Shown: piece by piece, positions 20,284 to 30,611 of the stretch
Numbering within the stretch: position 1 is the stretch's first letter
Layout of the letters: every line of letters starts with the position of its first letter
Assembly: GCA_963555825.3 (NCBI GenBank)
Contig: CAUVXB020000001.1
Location: forward strand, 1,088,001-1,152,000
Reading direction: 5' to 3'
DNA length: 64,000 bases
Source of the DNA: Alphaproteobacteria bacterium
GTDB lineage: Bacteria; Pseudomonadota; Alphaproteobacteria; JAAXGF01
Made by a program: the position numbers and the translations under genes
The notes under the pieces: model-generated
Told to the model about the DNA's origin: nothing
Seen by the model: only the letters and a program-made list of their open reading frames with translations
Database searches by the model: none

Positions 20284-21262
20284 TCCGCCGACCATCGACG
20301 ACGTCCAATCCGCGGCCGAGCGGCTGGCGGGCGTCGCCTACCGGACGCCGCTGCTCGAATCGCCGCTGCTCAACGAGGCCTTGGGCGGCCGCGTGCTGGT
20401 CAAGGCCGAGGCGCTGCAGCGCACCGGCTCGTTCAAGTTCCGCGGCGCCTACAACCGGATCAGCCGGTTGAGCGACGACCAGCGCGCGCGGGGCGTGGTC
20501 GCCTTCTCGTCGGGCAACCATGCGCAGGGCGTCGCGGCGGCGTCCAAGCTGTGCGGCACCAAGGCGCTGATCGTCATGCCCGACGACGCGCCAAGGGTGA
20601 AGGTCGCGAACACCCGGGCGTGGGGCGCCGAGGTCATGCTGCACGACCCGGCCACGACGTCGCGCGAGGCGGTCGCCCAGGCCGCCGCCGACGAACGCGG
20701 TGCGCTGATCGTGCCGCCCTTCGATCACCCGCTGATCATGGCCGGCCAGGGCAGCGTCGGGCTCGAGCTCGCCGCTCAGGCGGCCGACGCGGGCGCCATG
20801 CTCGACGCCGTCCTGGTGCCGTGCGGCGGCGGCGGGCTGATCTCGGGCTGCGCGCTGGCGCTCGCCGCGGAAGCGCCGGGCGTCCCGGTCTACGCGGTCG
20901 AGCCCGAAGGCTACGACGACACGACGCGTTCGCTCGCCGCCGGCAGCCGGCAGCGCGCGGCGCCCGACGCCGTTACGTTCTGCGACGCGCTGCGCGTGCA
21001 GACGCCGGGTGAGCTGACCTTCACGGTCAACCGACGGCTGCTCGCCGGCGGCGTCGTGGTGAGCGATGACGAGGTTGCGCGCGCCATGCGCCTCGCCTTC
21101 CTGTACTTGAAACTGGTCGTCGAGCCGGGCGGTGCGACGGCGCTCGCCGCGCTCGCCAGCGGCAAGTTCGACGGCCGCGGCAAGACCGTCGCGCTGGTCG
21201 CCTCGGGCGGCAACGTCGATCCCGAGATCTATTGCGCCGCCCTCGCACGCGCCGCCGACTGA
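20261..21262 (+). CDS. PLP-dependent serine/threonine dehydratase family
   Basis: QRTGSFKFRGA, SSGNHAQG, GGGGL, SGGN. Confidence 0.92.
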   Translation: MTSSPAFDPPTIDDVQSAAERLAGVAYRTPLLESPLLNEALGGRVLVKAEALQRTGSFKFRGAYNRISRLSDDQRARGVVAFSSGNHAQGVAAASKLCGTKALIVMPDDAPRVKVANTRAWGAEVMLHDPATTSREAVAQAAADERGALIVPPFDHPLIMAGQGSVGLELAAQAADAGAMLDAVLVPCGGGGLISGCALALAAEAPGVPVYAVEPEGYDDTTRSLAAGSRQRAAPDAVTFCDALRVQTPGELTFTVNRRLLAGGVVVSDDEVARAMRLAFLYLKLVVEPGGATALAALASGKFDGRGKTVALVASGGNVDPEIYCAALARAAD

Positions 21263-21297
21263 TATAATATTTTCAATAAAACAAGCGGAGACACATC

Positions 21298-22593
21298 ATG
21301 GCCACCGGAACCACCCCCTCGACCGAGGCGATCGTCGCTGCGGTCGACGCGCTGCACGACGAGGCCATCGAGATGCTCGCCGATCTGGTGCGCTTCGGCT
21401 CGACGCTGGGCAACGAGACCGCGGCGCAGGACTTCATGGCGGCCGCCTTCGCGAAGCTCGGCCTCTCGGTCGACCGCTTCGAGATCGACATCGCGACGAT
21501 CGAGAACCAGCCCGGCTTCTCGCCGGTCGACTGGAGCTATGACGACAAGGTCAACGTGGTCGCGACCCACCAGGCGCGCGGCAACACCGGCCGCTCGCTG
21601 ATCCTCAACGGCCACATCGACGTCGTGCCGACCGGGCCAGAGGACATGTGGACCGACCCGCCGTTCGAGCCGGTGGTGCGCGACGGCAAGCTCTACGGCC
21701 GGGGCGGCGGCGACATGAAGGCCGGCATCGTCTGCAATTTCATGGCGTTCAAGGCGCTGCGGTCGCTTGGGCTTCAGCCCGCCGCGCCGGTCTACCTGCA
21801 GACCGTCGTCGAGGAGGAATGCACCGGCAACGGCGCGCTCGCCTGCCTGGCGCGCGGCTATACCGCCGACGCCGCGATCATCCCCGAGCCGTTCGACCAT
21901 TCGCTGATGACGGCGCAGATGGGCGTCATGTGGTTCCGCGTGCTGGTGCGCGGCAAGCCGGCGCATGTGCTCGACACCTCGGCCGGCATCAACGCCATCG
22001 AGGGCGCCTTCCACTTGGTCCAGGCGCTCAAGCAGCTCGAAGAGGAATGGAACGCCGAGGACATCCGCCACCCGGCTTACGAAGGTTTCACCCACCCGGT
22101 CAACTTCAACCTCGGCGTCATCAACGGCGGCGAATGGGCGTCGTCGGTGCCGACCGAATGCTCGTTCGGCATGCGTGTCGGCTTCTTCCCCGGCGTCGGC
22201 ACCGAAGAGGTGCGCACCGCCATCACCGAATGCATCGCCGAGGCGGCGGCCGACCATCCCGGCATGAAGGACACAGCCCCCAAGATCAGCTTCTACGGCT
22301 TCCAGGCCGAAGGCTGCACGATCGACCCGAACGGCGAGATGATGACGACCTTGGCCGAGGTCCACGAGCGCGTCGCCGGCGCCCAGCCCGCGCACCGCGC
22401 GACGACGGCGACGACCGACGCACGCTTCTTCAATCTGTATGGCAAGATCCCGGCGACCTGCTACGGCCCCAAGGCTGACAGCATCCACGGCATCGATGAA
22501 TCGGTCGACCTCGACAGCATGCGCACGGTGACCCGCGTGCTCGCCGCCTTCATGGCGGAGTGGTGCGGGCTGGAGCCGGTGGCGGAGGGCTGA
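21298..22593 (+). CDS. M20 ArgE/DapE-family deacylase
   Basis: NGHIDVVP, GRGGGDMK, VEEE, HGIDE. Confidence 0.9.
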   Translation: MATGTTPSTEAIVAAVDALHDEAIEMLADLVRFGSTLGNETAAQDFMAAAFAKLGLSVDRFEIDIATIENQPGFSPVDWSYDDKVNVVATHQARGNTGRSLILNGHIDVVPTGPEDMWTDPPFEPVVRDGKLYGRGGGDMKAGIVCNFMAFKALRSLGLQPAAPVYLQTVVEEECTGNGALACLARGYTADAAIIPEPFDHSLMTAQMGVMWFRVLVRGKPAHVLDTSAGINAIEGAFHLVQALKQLEEEWNAEDIRHPAYEGFTHPVNFNLGVINGGEWASSVPTECSFGMRVGFFPGVGTEEVRTAITECIAEAAADHPGMKDTAPKISFYGFQAEGCTIDPNGEMMTTLAEVHERVAGAQPAHRATTATTDARFFNLYGKIPATCYGPKADSIHGIDESVDLDSMRTVTRVLAAFMAEWCGLEPVAEG

Positions 22594-22609
22594 GGTCGAA
22601 AGCGGAAAC

Positions 22610-24264
22610 GGGTGTGGGTCTGGTATGGAAAATCTAAGTCATTGATTTAGTGCGTTTTTTGTGTCGAGACGAACGGCCGAAATCGGCTATTCGTGACAAT
22701 GGGCCGCTCCAAGGCAGGATTTTGTTACGACGGCAGGGTCGAGCAGGGGAAGGTGGGAACGCTCCGCACCGCCAGAAGCGGTACGATGCTGTGTCTCGAA
22801 ACCCAACATCGGGAGCATTCCCATGGCAGTATCCCCGCCTCCGGCGCCTTCGTCCATCGATCTTTCCGGCCTGCCTCCTCGGGTCGTCGAGGCGGCCGCC
22901 CGGGTGCTCGCACTGTGTCGCGAGGAGCTTCGTTCCGAGCCGCGCCCCGAGGCGCCCGAGGAGGTCGAGTTGCGGGTGCGTGAGGCCACGAACGAGTTCG
23001 CTCGCGATGTCATGGGCGCCGTCATCGAGAACCGGGACGATGGCGCTTCCCGGATCGAGCGGGACGGGCAGAGCTGGTTCCGGGTCGCGGTGACGCCGAA
23101 GACGATCATGACCTCGCTCGGTCCGGTGACCTACCGGCGAGCGCGTTACCGCAGCGGCGCGAGCGGGGCATCGCCGGTGCCGGTCGACGAGAGCCTGGGC
23201 CTCGTCGACGATTACCTGACGCGGCCGGCGGCCGAGCTCGGTCTGCTGATGATGGGTCACTGCACGGCCCGGGAAGCGGCGGCGTTCTTTGCGAAGACCG
23301 GCGCCATGACGCCGTCGGTGAGCACCCTGCAGCGCCTGACCCTGAGCATGCACGAATGCTGGGAGAGCCTCGGCCCGGAGACGCTGGGCAGCATCCGTGA
23401 GGCCGAGGGCATACCCGCAGGACGCGACCACCGCCTCGGTCTCCCTCGACGGCGTCATGGTGCCGCTGAGACCCGGCGAGGACGGTCGCGCCAAGGCCTC
23501 CTGGCGCGAGGCTGCCTGCGGCACGGTCTCCTTCCACGACGCCGAGGGCAAGCGCCTGAAGACCCTCTATCTCGGCCGCATGCCGGAGAGCGGCAAGCTC
23601 ACGCTGAAGGCGCAGCTTGCAAGCGAAGTCGCACACATCAGGCGAGCACGCCCCGAGATCGGGATCGTCGCTATCGCCGATGGCGCCGCCGACAACTGGA
23701 CCTTCCTGGAGACCCTGTCGCCCGAAACCGAGGTGATCGACTTCTGGCATGCTTGCGAACATCTGCAAACCGCGTCCGACCATGCCGTGGCGCCCGGCTG
23801 GTTCGAGAAGTACCGCGAGATCCTCCGTCACGATCCCCGTGGCGTCGCCAAGGTGATCCGGGCGCTGCGCCACCTTCGCGATGCCGCCGCTGCGCCGGAC
23901 CGGGCCGAGACCGAGCGGGAACTCGCCTTCTTCCGCAAGCATCGCCATCGCATGCGCTACCACGCCCTGAAGGAAGAGGGCATCGCCATCGGCTCAGGCG
24001 TGGTCGAAGCTGCCAACAAGACCCTGGTGACACAGCGCATGAAGCGCTCCGGCATGCGCTGGCGGATCGTCGGCGGACAGGCTGTTCTGACCTTCCGCGC
24101 CCTGATCAAATCCGGCCGCTTCGAGCGGGCATGGAAGGCCCTGATCAGCGCAACCGACACACCGGCCAACGACAACATCAGTCCACGTGCAGCAGCCATG
24201 GCAATCGCTGCCTGAACTCAACGAACCAAGCCGCAGACATCACTGCCATGCGAGACTCGCACCC
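22610..24264 (+). mobile_element. ISKra4/ISLre2-like element, copy 1
   Basis: Imperfect TIRs GGGTGTGGGTCTGGTATGG / CCATGCGAGACTCGCACCC; 8-bp TSD GCGGAAAC (22602-22609, 24265-24272). Confidence 0.9.
22823..24215 (+). pseudogene. ISKra4/ISLre2-like transposase with +1 C frameshift at 23414-23416
   Basis: ATACCCGCAG here vs ATACCGCAG in copy 2; motifs SLDGVMV, ADGA, IDFWHACEHL, GSGVVEAANK, RMKRSGMRW. Confidence 0.85.
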
Positions 24265-25074
24265 GCGGAAACTACGTCATGGCGAAGGCCGATCCAGGTC
24301 TTGGTGAGACATTACTCGCGGTGCGCGATTGGGCCCGGGGCGAGGCGGCGCCGTATCTCACCTGGTTGCCCAATTGGATAGAGCCCTACGCGGTGGACAC
24401 CGGCGCAGCCCTGGTACTGTTTGCCGCCGTCATCGCGGCGTGGCGGTTTGGGGCTGAACTCTGGGGCGCCGCGATCTGGGCGCCGCGCGGGGTTTGGCGG
24501 TGGGCCACCGGCATTCAAGCGCCGAAGAGCGAAACCGAAGAAATACGCGACGACGTCAAAAAAAATTCGCGACGACATAGAAGCGCTGGTGCGGGCACAA
24601 ATCGAGGCACAAGTCCAGGATTCGCGAGGTGAAGGTGAAGAACTAGCGATAGATGTCGTCGAACGCGCCGTCGCCGCTGCTCGTGAGGTTTTGCTTTCCA
24701 ACGATCCCTCCAAGGCCGAGGCTCAGAAAGCGCTGCGCGACGGCGACATGAAAGCGGCCGAAGATGCGCTCGAGCGCGCGTTTGCCCAGGAGGCTGACGC
24801 GGCGCTGCGCGTGAACGACGAAGCCCAACAACTCAATGCGAAAGCCGCGCGAACCGCGCGGGAGAAAGCCGCCTTGGCCGCCACACGATCGGTGGCGGAC
24901 GCGATTCATTGGTACGGAAAGGCTGCCGAATTCGAACCCGCAGATTTTTGGACGCACATCGAGTTGGCCCGTTTGCATATTGCAAAGGGCGACCTTTCAT
25001 CGGCACTACGAGCCGGCGAGGCCGGACGTGACGCCGCAAGAGATGATCGAGATGGAGCCGTTGTGTCTGATCAG

Positions 25075-25528
25075 ATCGGCGACGTGCAGGTCAAGCAGGG
25101 CAATCTCACCGATGCGCTCGCCAGCTACCAGGCCTCCATTGACATCCGAGAACGACTGGCGGCGGCCGATCCGGGCAACGCCGGCTGGCAGCGCGACCTG
25201 TCGGTTTCGCATAACAAGATCGGCGACGTGCAGGTCCAGCAGGGCAATCTCACCGATGCGCTCGCCAGCTACCAGGCCGATTTGGACATTGCTCAGCGCC
25301 TTGCGGCAGCCGATCCGGGAAACGCCGGCTGGCAGCGCGACCTGTCGGTTTCGCATAACAAGATCGGCGACGTGCAGGTCCAGCAGGGCAATCTCACCGA
25401 TGCGCTCGCCAGCTACCAGGCCTCCTTGGACATTGTTCAACGACTGGCGGCGCCCGATCCGGGCAACGCCGGCTGGCAGCGCGATCTGTCAGTTTCGCAG
25501 GAAAGGATCGGCGACGTGCAGGTCCAGC
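25075..25528 (+). repeat. 144-bp tandem repeats (units start 25075, 25219, 25363, 25507; further partial unit 26949-27052)
   Basis: Near-identical DNA units read directly. Confidence 0.95.
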
Positions 25529-25563
25529 TGTATCGCACCCGGTTCCTTGGACACAAGTTTGTC

Positions 25564-26475
25564 TCATGCGGCGGGCCTGAGTGACATCGCGGTGTGCCAC
25601 GCCTGACGAGCTTGAGCGGGGCTCAGGTAGCCGTTCTTCTCCACGATCCACTGGGCATTGTACTGTTCGACGAACCCGCGGACGGCGTTCCGCAGCTCCG
25701 CGATGTTGCGGTAGATGCGGCCATGGATGATCTGTTCCTTGAGCGTGCGATTGAACCTCTCGGCGACGCCGTTGGTCTGGGGCTGTTCGACGAAGGCGTA
25801 GGACGGCTGGATGCCCCAGAACTTGATCTGGTTGGTGAAGTGGTCCGACAGATACTGGGAGCCGTGATCCATCCGCAAGGCCAGCCCCCGCGCCGCACCG
25901 GCGGAGGTCGAGGCATACAGCCTCGCAAGCCCCATGGAGATCGGCTGAAGGGCGGCGAAGCGGTCGCCTCGCTTGCACACATGCCAGCCGACGCACTCGG
26001 CGTTCCAATGCTCGATGGCGGTGAATATCCAGCCCCAGCCGTCGTCCACCGTGAACACCCGAACGCCGTCCGTGCCCCACATGAGGTTGGGGGCATGGGT
26101 GATGATCTCACCGACATGGGGATTTCCGCCACGGCGGCGGCAGCGATGGGGCGAGAGCAGGTTGTTCTCGCGCATCACCCGGAGCCCCCGCTTGCGGGAA
26201 ACACGGATGCCACGACAGACCCGAAGCCGAGCCCAGACCTTGCGGTGTCCCTCGCCCTCCCAGGGGGATGCCTCCAGGTCGGCCTCGATGGCCACCAGCA
26301 GAGCCTCGTCCGAGATCGAGGGCTTCGGTCCCCGGCGCTTTGCTGGTGGGCGCTCAGCGGTGGCCTGCTGCCGGGATTTCATGGCGTAGAACGAGGAACG
26401 GGCAAAACCCCAGGCCGCACAGACCCGCTGGAGGCCGTAGGCCAAACCCGTGCCGGGAGAGGTGGCGGCACTCAT
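25564..26475 (-). CDS. IS3-family transposase OrfB
   Basis: WGTD, RMDHGSQY, TNGVAERFNRTLKE. Confidence 0.92.
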   Translation of the reverse strand: MSAATSPGTGLAYGLQRVCAAWGFARSSFYAMKSRQQATAERPPAKRRGPKPSISDEALLVAIEADLEASPWEGEGHRKVWARLRVCRGIRVSRKRGLRVMRENNLLSPHRCRRRGGNPHVGEIITHAPNLMWGTDGVRVFTVDDGWGWIFTAIEHWNAECVGWHVCKRGDRFAALQPISMGLARLYASTSAGAARGLALRMDHGSQYLSDHFTNQIKFWGIQPSYAFVEQPQTNGVAERFNRTLKEQIIHGRIYRNIAELRNAVRGFVEQYNAQWIVEKNGYLSPAQARQAWHTAMSLRPAA

Positions 26476-26882
26476 CGCCGCGACCTCCGCCGCCCCAAAG
26501 GGCCGGACGTCTCCGTCTTGGCCTCCAGCAGTTCCACCTGCATGATCAACTCCCCGATCCGCTTCATGGCGATGTCCAGTTCCGCCTTCACCGGATCGCC
26601 CTTGCGTTCCTTGAGCGAGGCATCGATCCCGGCGATCGCCTTCTCACGCCACTGCTCGAGCCGGAAAATCTCCACGCCCAACTGCCGCGACAAAAGTTCC
26701 ACCGGCTCGCCACGCAAAAGCCGCAGGGCAACCTCACGCTTGCGCGTCACCGTCCACCGCTGGCCAAGTCCCAGCGGGCCTGCCGGCGAAACCTGGCCCG
26801 GGGAAAACGTGGACGAGCCAAGCTCGCCCTCGTTTACCACAGGCCCATCAACAGCAACTTTGTTCTCAAAATTGTCGGTCAT
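26472..26882 (-). CDS. IS3-family transposase OrfA
   Basis: HTH RKREVALRLLRGE...LEQWRE; AAGGAGG RBS before ATG 26882; C CCT TTG heptamer at 26496-26502; ATGA overlap with OrfB. Confidence 0.85.
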   Translation of the reverse strand: MTDNFENKVAVDGPVVNEGELGSSTFSPGQVSPAGPLGLGQRWTVTRKREVALRLLRGEPVELLSRQLGVEIFRLEQWREKAIAGIDASLKERKGDPVKAELDIAMKRIGELIMQVELLEAKTETSGPLGRRRSRR

Positions 26883-27269
26883 GTTCCGGTCCTCCTTGGA
26901 CACTTCGATTAAGCCAATTCTGTGTCCAAGGAAATCGGGTCCGACTCAACCAGGCCGATTTGGACATTGCTCAGCGCCTTGCGGCGGCCGATCCGGGCAA
27001 CGCCGGCTGGCAGCGCGACCTGTCGGTTTCGCACGAGAAGATCGGCGACGTGCTGGAGGCGCGTGGCGACATCGATGCGGCGATCGAGGCACACGAAGAG
27101 AGCCTGGTAATTGCGCAGTCTCTCGCGGACCGGTTCCCCGACCACACACAATTCCAAGCCGATGTGGCGATCACGAAACGCAGGCTTGAGGAACTCCGCG
27201 CAAATCGACCCTAGTGTCCCTCAGAAATTCACTTCCGACGCGACCTACGACTCAAACCTCGAGGGGACA

Positions 27270-27662
27270 CTACTTGTCGTCCCGCGGATCCTCGGCGAAG
27301 CTGTGGTCGGTCGGTTGCGGGGTCGCGGTCAGCACGGTGACGCCATCGGGTGCGTGGAAGCGGTGCCAGGCGCCCTGCGGCACGACTGCGAGCATGCCCG
27401 CCGTCATGTCGAGTGCTTGCGGTCCGGCGTCGGTCAGGATGGTCAGCGTCGTGCGGCCGTCGAGAATTTGCACCAGCTCGTCGCCGTTGCGGTGGCGTTC
27501 CCACGGTGTCTCGCCCGAGAAGCCGCCGGCGAAGATCGCACCGTCGCCAAACGCCGCCAATGTCGCGAAGGCCTCGCCGGCCTCGCTTTCGGTGGCCCGG
27601 TTGCGGCCGTGCAGGAAGGTCCGCTTGGCGATCTCTTCTTGAATGTCGACGGCCTTGACCAT
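27270..27662 (-). CDS. Cupin-domain protein
   Basis: WERHRNGDELVQILDG and VVPQGAWHRF cupin motifs. Confidence 0.85.
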   Translation of the reverse strand: MVKAVDIQEEIAKRTFLHGRNRATESEAGEAFATLAAFGDGAIFAGGFSGETPWERHRNGDELVQILDGRTTLTILTDAGPQALDMTAGMLAVVPQGAWHRFHAPDGVTVLTATPQPTDHSFAEDPRDDK

Positions 27663-28739
27663 TCAGGCGACCTCCGTGCTTTCTGGGTTTTCGCCGCGTT
27701 CGACGAACAGTGTCTGGGTCGGGTAGGCGAACTCGATGCCCTCGGCCTCGAAGCGGCGCAGGATCGCGAGGTTGATCGCATGCTGGGCGTCGGCCTTGGC
27801 GGCGAAGTCGGGCACCAACATGGTGAAGACGAACTGGAAGTCGAGGGACGACGGGCCGAACGACTGGAAATGGCCGCGGTCGTAGCGCGTGTGTTCCTGG
27901 GCCTCGATGATCTCGCGCACCATGCCGGGGATCGCCTCGACCTGGTCGGCCGGCGTCTGGTAGGTCACGCCGAGCTCGAAGACGACGCGCCGCTGTTGCA
28001 TCTGCTTGTAGTTTTGGATGCGGCTCTGCAACAGATCTGAGTTCGAGAAAACGATGATCTCGCCGGAAAGGGCGCGCACGCGCGTGGTCTTCAGCCCGAT
28101 GCGCTCGACCGTGCCCATGTCTGCGCCGACGATGACGAAGTCGCCGATCTCGAACGGCCGGTCGAGGACGATCGAAAGTGACGAGAACAGATCGCCCAGG
28201 ATGTTCTGGGTGGCCAGCGCGATGGCGATGCCGCCGACGCCGAGGCCGGCGATCAGCGCGGTGATGTCGATGCCCAGGTTGTCGAGCGAGATCAGCAGGA
28301 CGAGCGACCAGACCGCAATGCGCACCGGCGTCGCGATGACGCCGATGGTCGTCGCGCGCCGGCCGCTGGTCTCGTCGGTCAACGCGGTCTGGGTCGTGAC
28401 CCATTCGGAAACCAGATAACTGACCCACAACCCAATCTGGATCAGGAAGGCGATGACGATGATCGATTCCAACGAACCGCGCATCGCCTCGGGCAGCACC
28501 AGGAACACCGAGCCGGCATAGAGGCCGACGATCAGCAGAAACAGGAACTTGGTGTGCTTGACGATGTTGAGCGCGATATCGTCGAGCCGCGTCTCGGTCG
28601 CGCCGACGAAAGACGCCAGGCGCCGCACGATAGCGCCCAGCACGACGCGCAGCCCGATCAACACGGCGATGCCGACGCCCAGCGCAATCAGCCACTCGGC
28701 GGCTGTGTTTTCGTAGAAACTGTGGTCCAGCCAACTCAT
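27663..28739 (-). CDS. Small-conductance mechanosensitive channel (MscS family)
   Basis: AGLGVGGIAIALA, DRPFEIGDF, IEFAYPT. Confidence 0.92.
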   Translation of the reverse strand: MSWLDHSFYENTAAEWLIALGVGIAVLIGLRVVLGAIVRRLASFVGATETRLDDIALNIVKHTKFLFLLIVGLYAGSVFLVLPEAMRGSLESIIVIAFLIQIGLWVSYLVSEWVTTQTALTDETSGRRATTIGVIATPVRIAVWSLVLLISLDNLGIDITALIAGLGVGGIAIALATQNILGDLFSSLSIVLDRPFEIGDFVIVGADMGTVERIGLKTTRVRALSGEIIVFSNSDLLQSRIQNYKQMQQRRVVFELGVTYQTPADQVEAIPGMVREIIEAQEHTRYDRGHFQSFGPSSLDFQFVFTMLVPDFAAKADAQHAINLAILRRFEAEGIEFAYPTQTLFVERGENPESTEVA

Positions 28740-28869
28740 CGCCGGTTCATCCCCCCTGGTGCAATGCTCCTGAATCAACACACAGCCGGGCACCTGGTCA
28801 ACAGGTGAAACTGGATTCCCCAGGCGGAAACCAAATTCGTCATCGGCCAGCCGATTTGCTACGCTACCG

Positions 28870-29511
28870 ATGATTTTCTGGAGCGCGCCGTCATTGACCG
28901 ATGATGAAGACGTGGCGGCGTTGATCGCGGCCGCCGAGACCGATCAAGTGGCCGCGATCGAGCGGCTGCTGGCAGACGGCGTTGCGATCGATGGGCGGGA
29001 CGCGCAGGGGCGCACCGCCTTGCTCGCCGCGACGCATCGGAACAGCGTGGCCGCGGCCCGGGTCCTGATCGCCAGGGGCGCCGACGTCAACGCCGTGGAC
29101 GCGATCCGGGACAGCCCGTACTTGTACGCCGCCGCCGAGGGGCGCCTGGAAATCCTGCGCCTCACTCTCCGGGCGGGCGCCGATTTGACCAGCACCAACC
29201 GCTATGGCGGCACCGGCCTGATCCCGGCGGCCCATCACGGCTACCCCGACGTTGTGGCCGAGTTGTTGGCGACCGAGATCGTCATCGATCACGTCAACCG
29301 GCTCGGCTGGACCGCGTTGATCGAGGCGTTGATCGAGGCGGTGATCCTCGGCGACGGCGGCCCGGTGTACCAGGGAATCGTCGACCTGCTGCTCGGTGCC
29401 GGGGCGAGTGCGGATATCGCCGACCAGAACGGCGTGACACCACTTGCCCATGCCCGCCAACGTGGCTTCACGGCGATCGTCAAGCTGCTCGACGCCGCCG
29501 ACGCCGGCTGA
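28870..29511 (+). CDS. Ankyrin-repeat protein
   Basis: GRTALLAA, GADVNA, GWTALIEA, GVTPLAHA. Confidence 0.9.
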   Translation: MIFWSAPSLTDDEDVAALIAAAETDQVAAIERLLADGVAIDGRDAQGRTALLAATHRNSVAAARVLIARGADVNAVDAIRDSPYLYAAAEGRLEILRLTLRAGADLTSTNRYGGTGLIPAAHHGYPDVVAELLATEIVIDHVNRLGWTALIEALIEAVILGDGGPVYQGIVDLLLGAGASADIADQNGVTPLAHARQRGFTAIVKLLDAADAG

Positions 29512-29595
29512 CGAGTCGCCCGAGGGCATGCTTGATCACGCCATCACGCGCCGTTAGTCTTGCCGCTCCGCGCTTTACCCCTAAATACGTGAGCC

Positions 29596-30600
29596 ATGGA
29601 TATACGTGACGGATTCTGCGGTCTCGTCGGCAATACGCCGCTGGTCCGCCTGCGGCGCGCCTCGGAACTGACCGGCTGCGACATTCTCGGCAAGGCCGAG
29701 TTCCTCAATCCCGGCCAGTCGGTCAAGGACCGGGCGGCGCTCTACATCATCCGCGACGCCGTTGAGAGCGGGCGGCTTCAGCCCGGCGGTCTCATCGTCG
29801 AGGGCACAGCGGGCAACACCGGCATCGGCCTGACACTCGTCGGCAAGGCGCTCGGCTATCGCACGCTGATCGTCATGCCCGAGACGCAGAGCCAGGAGAA
29901 GAAGGACACGCTGCGCCTGTGTGGCGCCGAGCTGATGCTCGTGCCCGCCGCGCCTTACAAGGACCCGGGCAACTACGTGCGCGTGTCCGAGCGCGTCGCC
30001 GAGGAGCGCGCGGCCAGCGAGCCGAACGGCGTGCTGTGGGCCAACCAGTGGGACAACACCGCCAACCGGCAGGCGCATTACGAAGGCACCGGGCCCGAAA
30101 TCTGGCGCCAGACCGACGGCAAGGTCGACGCCTTCGTCTCGGCGATCGGCACCGGCGGTACGCTGTCGGGCACGACGCTGGCGCTCAAGGAGCGCAACGC
30201 CGCCATCCGGGCCGTACTCGCCGACCCGCCAGGTGCCGCGATGTACAATTACTTCGCCCATGGCGAGCTCAAGTCCGAGGGCTCGTCGATCACCGAAGGC
30301 ATCGGCCAGGGCCGCATCACCGGAAATATCGAGGGCCTCGAGGTCGACGATCAGTATCAGATCAGCGACGCCGAGGCGGTCGAGGTCGTGTTCGATCTCG
30401 CCGAGCACGAGGGCCTGGTGCTCGGCGGCTCGACCGGCGTCAATGTCGCCGGCGCGATCAGGGTCGCCAAGGACTTAGGTCCCGGTCATATCGTCGTGAC
30501 GATGCTGTGCGATTACGGCGATCGCTATCGGAGCAAGCTGTACAATCACGACTTCCTCAGGGAGAAGGGCCTGCCCGTGCCGGATTGGCTCGGCCAATAG
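29596..30600 (+). CDS. cysK: Cysteine synthase
   Basis: GNTPLVRL, NPGQSVKDR, GTGGT, EGIG. Confidence 0.88.
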   Translation: MDIRDGFCGLVGNTPLVRLRRASELTGCDILGKAEFLNPGQSVKDRAALYIIRDAVESGRLQPGGLIVEGTAGNTGIGLTLVGKALGYRTLIVMPETQSQEKKDTLRLCGAELMLVPAAPYKDPGNYVRVSERVAEERAASEPNGVLWANQWDNTANRQAHYEGTGPEIWRQTDGKVDAFVSAIGTGGTLSGTTLALKERNAAIRAVLADPPGAAMYNYFAHGELKSEGSSITEGIGQGRITGNIEGLEVDDQYQISDAEAVEVVFDLAEHEGLVLGGSTGVNVAGAIRVAKDLGPGHIVVTMLCDYGDRYRSKLYNHDFLREKGLPVPDWLGQ

Positions 30601-30611
30601 AGAGACGCGTG

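Larger units (their letters stand above)
25529..26948 (-). mobile_element. IS3-family element, copy A (1420 bp)
   Basis: TG...CA ends with TCCTTGGACAC core; appears identical to 44110-45529; no TSD. Confidence 0.92.
24279..27214 (+). pseudogene. Membrane-anchored TPR-repeat protein, frameshifted at A8 (24558-24565) and split by IS3
   Basis: N-terminal hydrophobic segment; 48-aa repeats IGDVQVQQGNLTDALASYQA...DPGNAGWQRDLSVSH resume after the IS at 26949; stop at 27214. Confidence 0.85.

Noticed and set aside
25075-25528. Repeat array as CRISPR or a DGR template
   Set aside because: Units are 144-bp in-frame coding repeats with no unique spacers; no cas or reverse transcriptase gene in the window.
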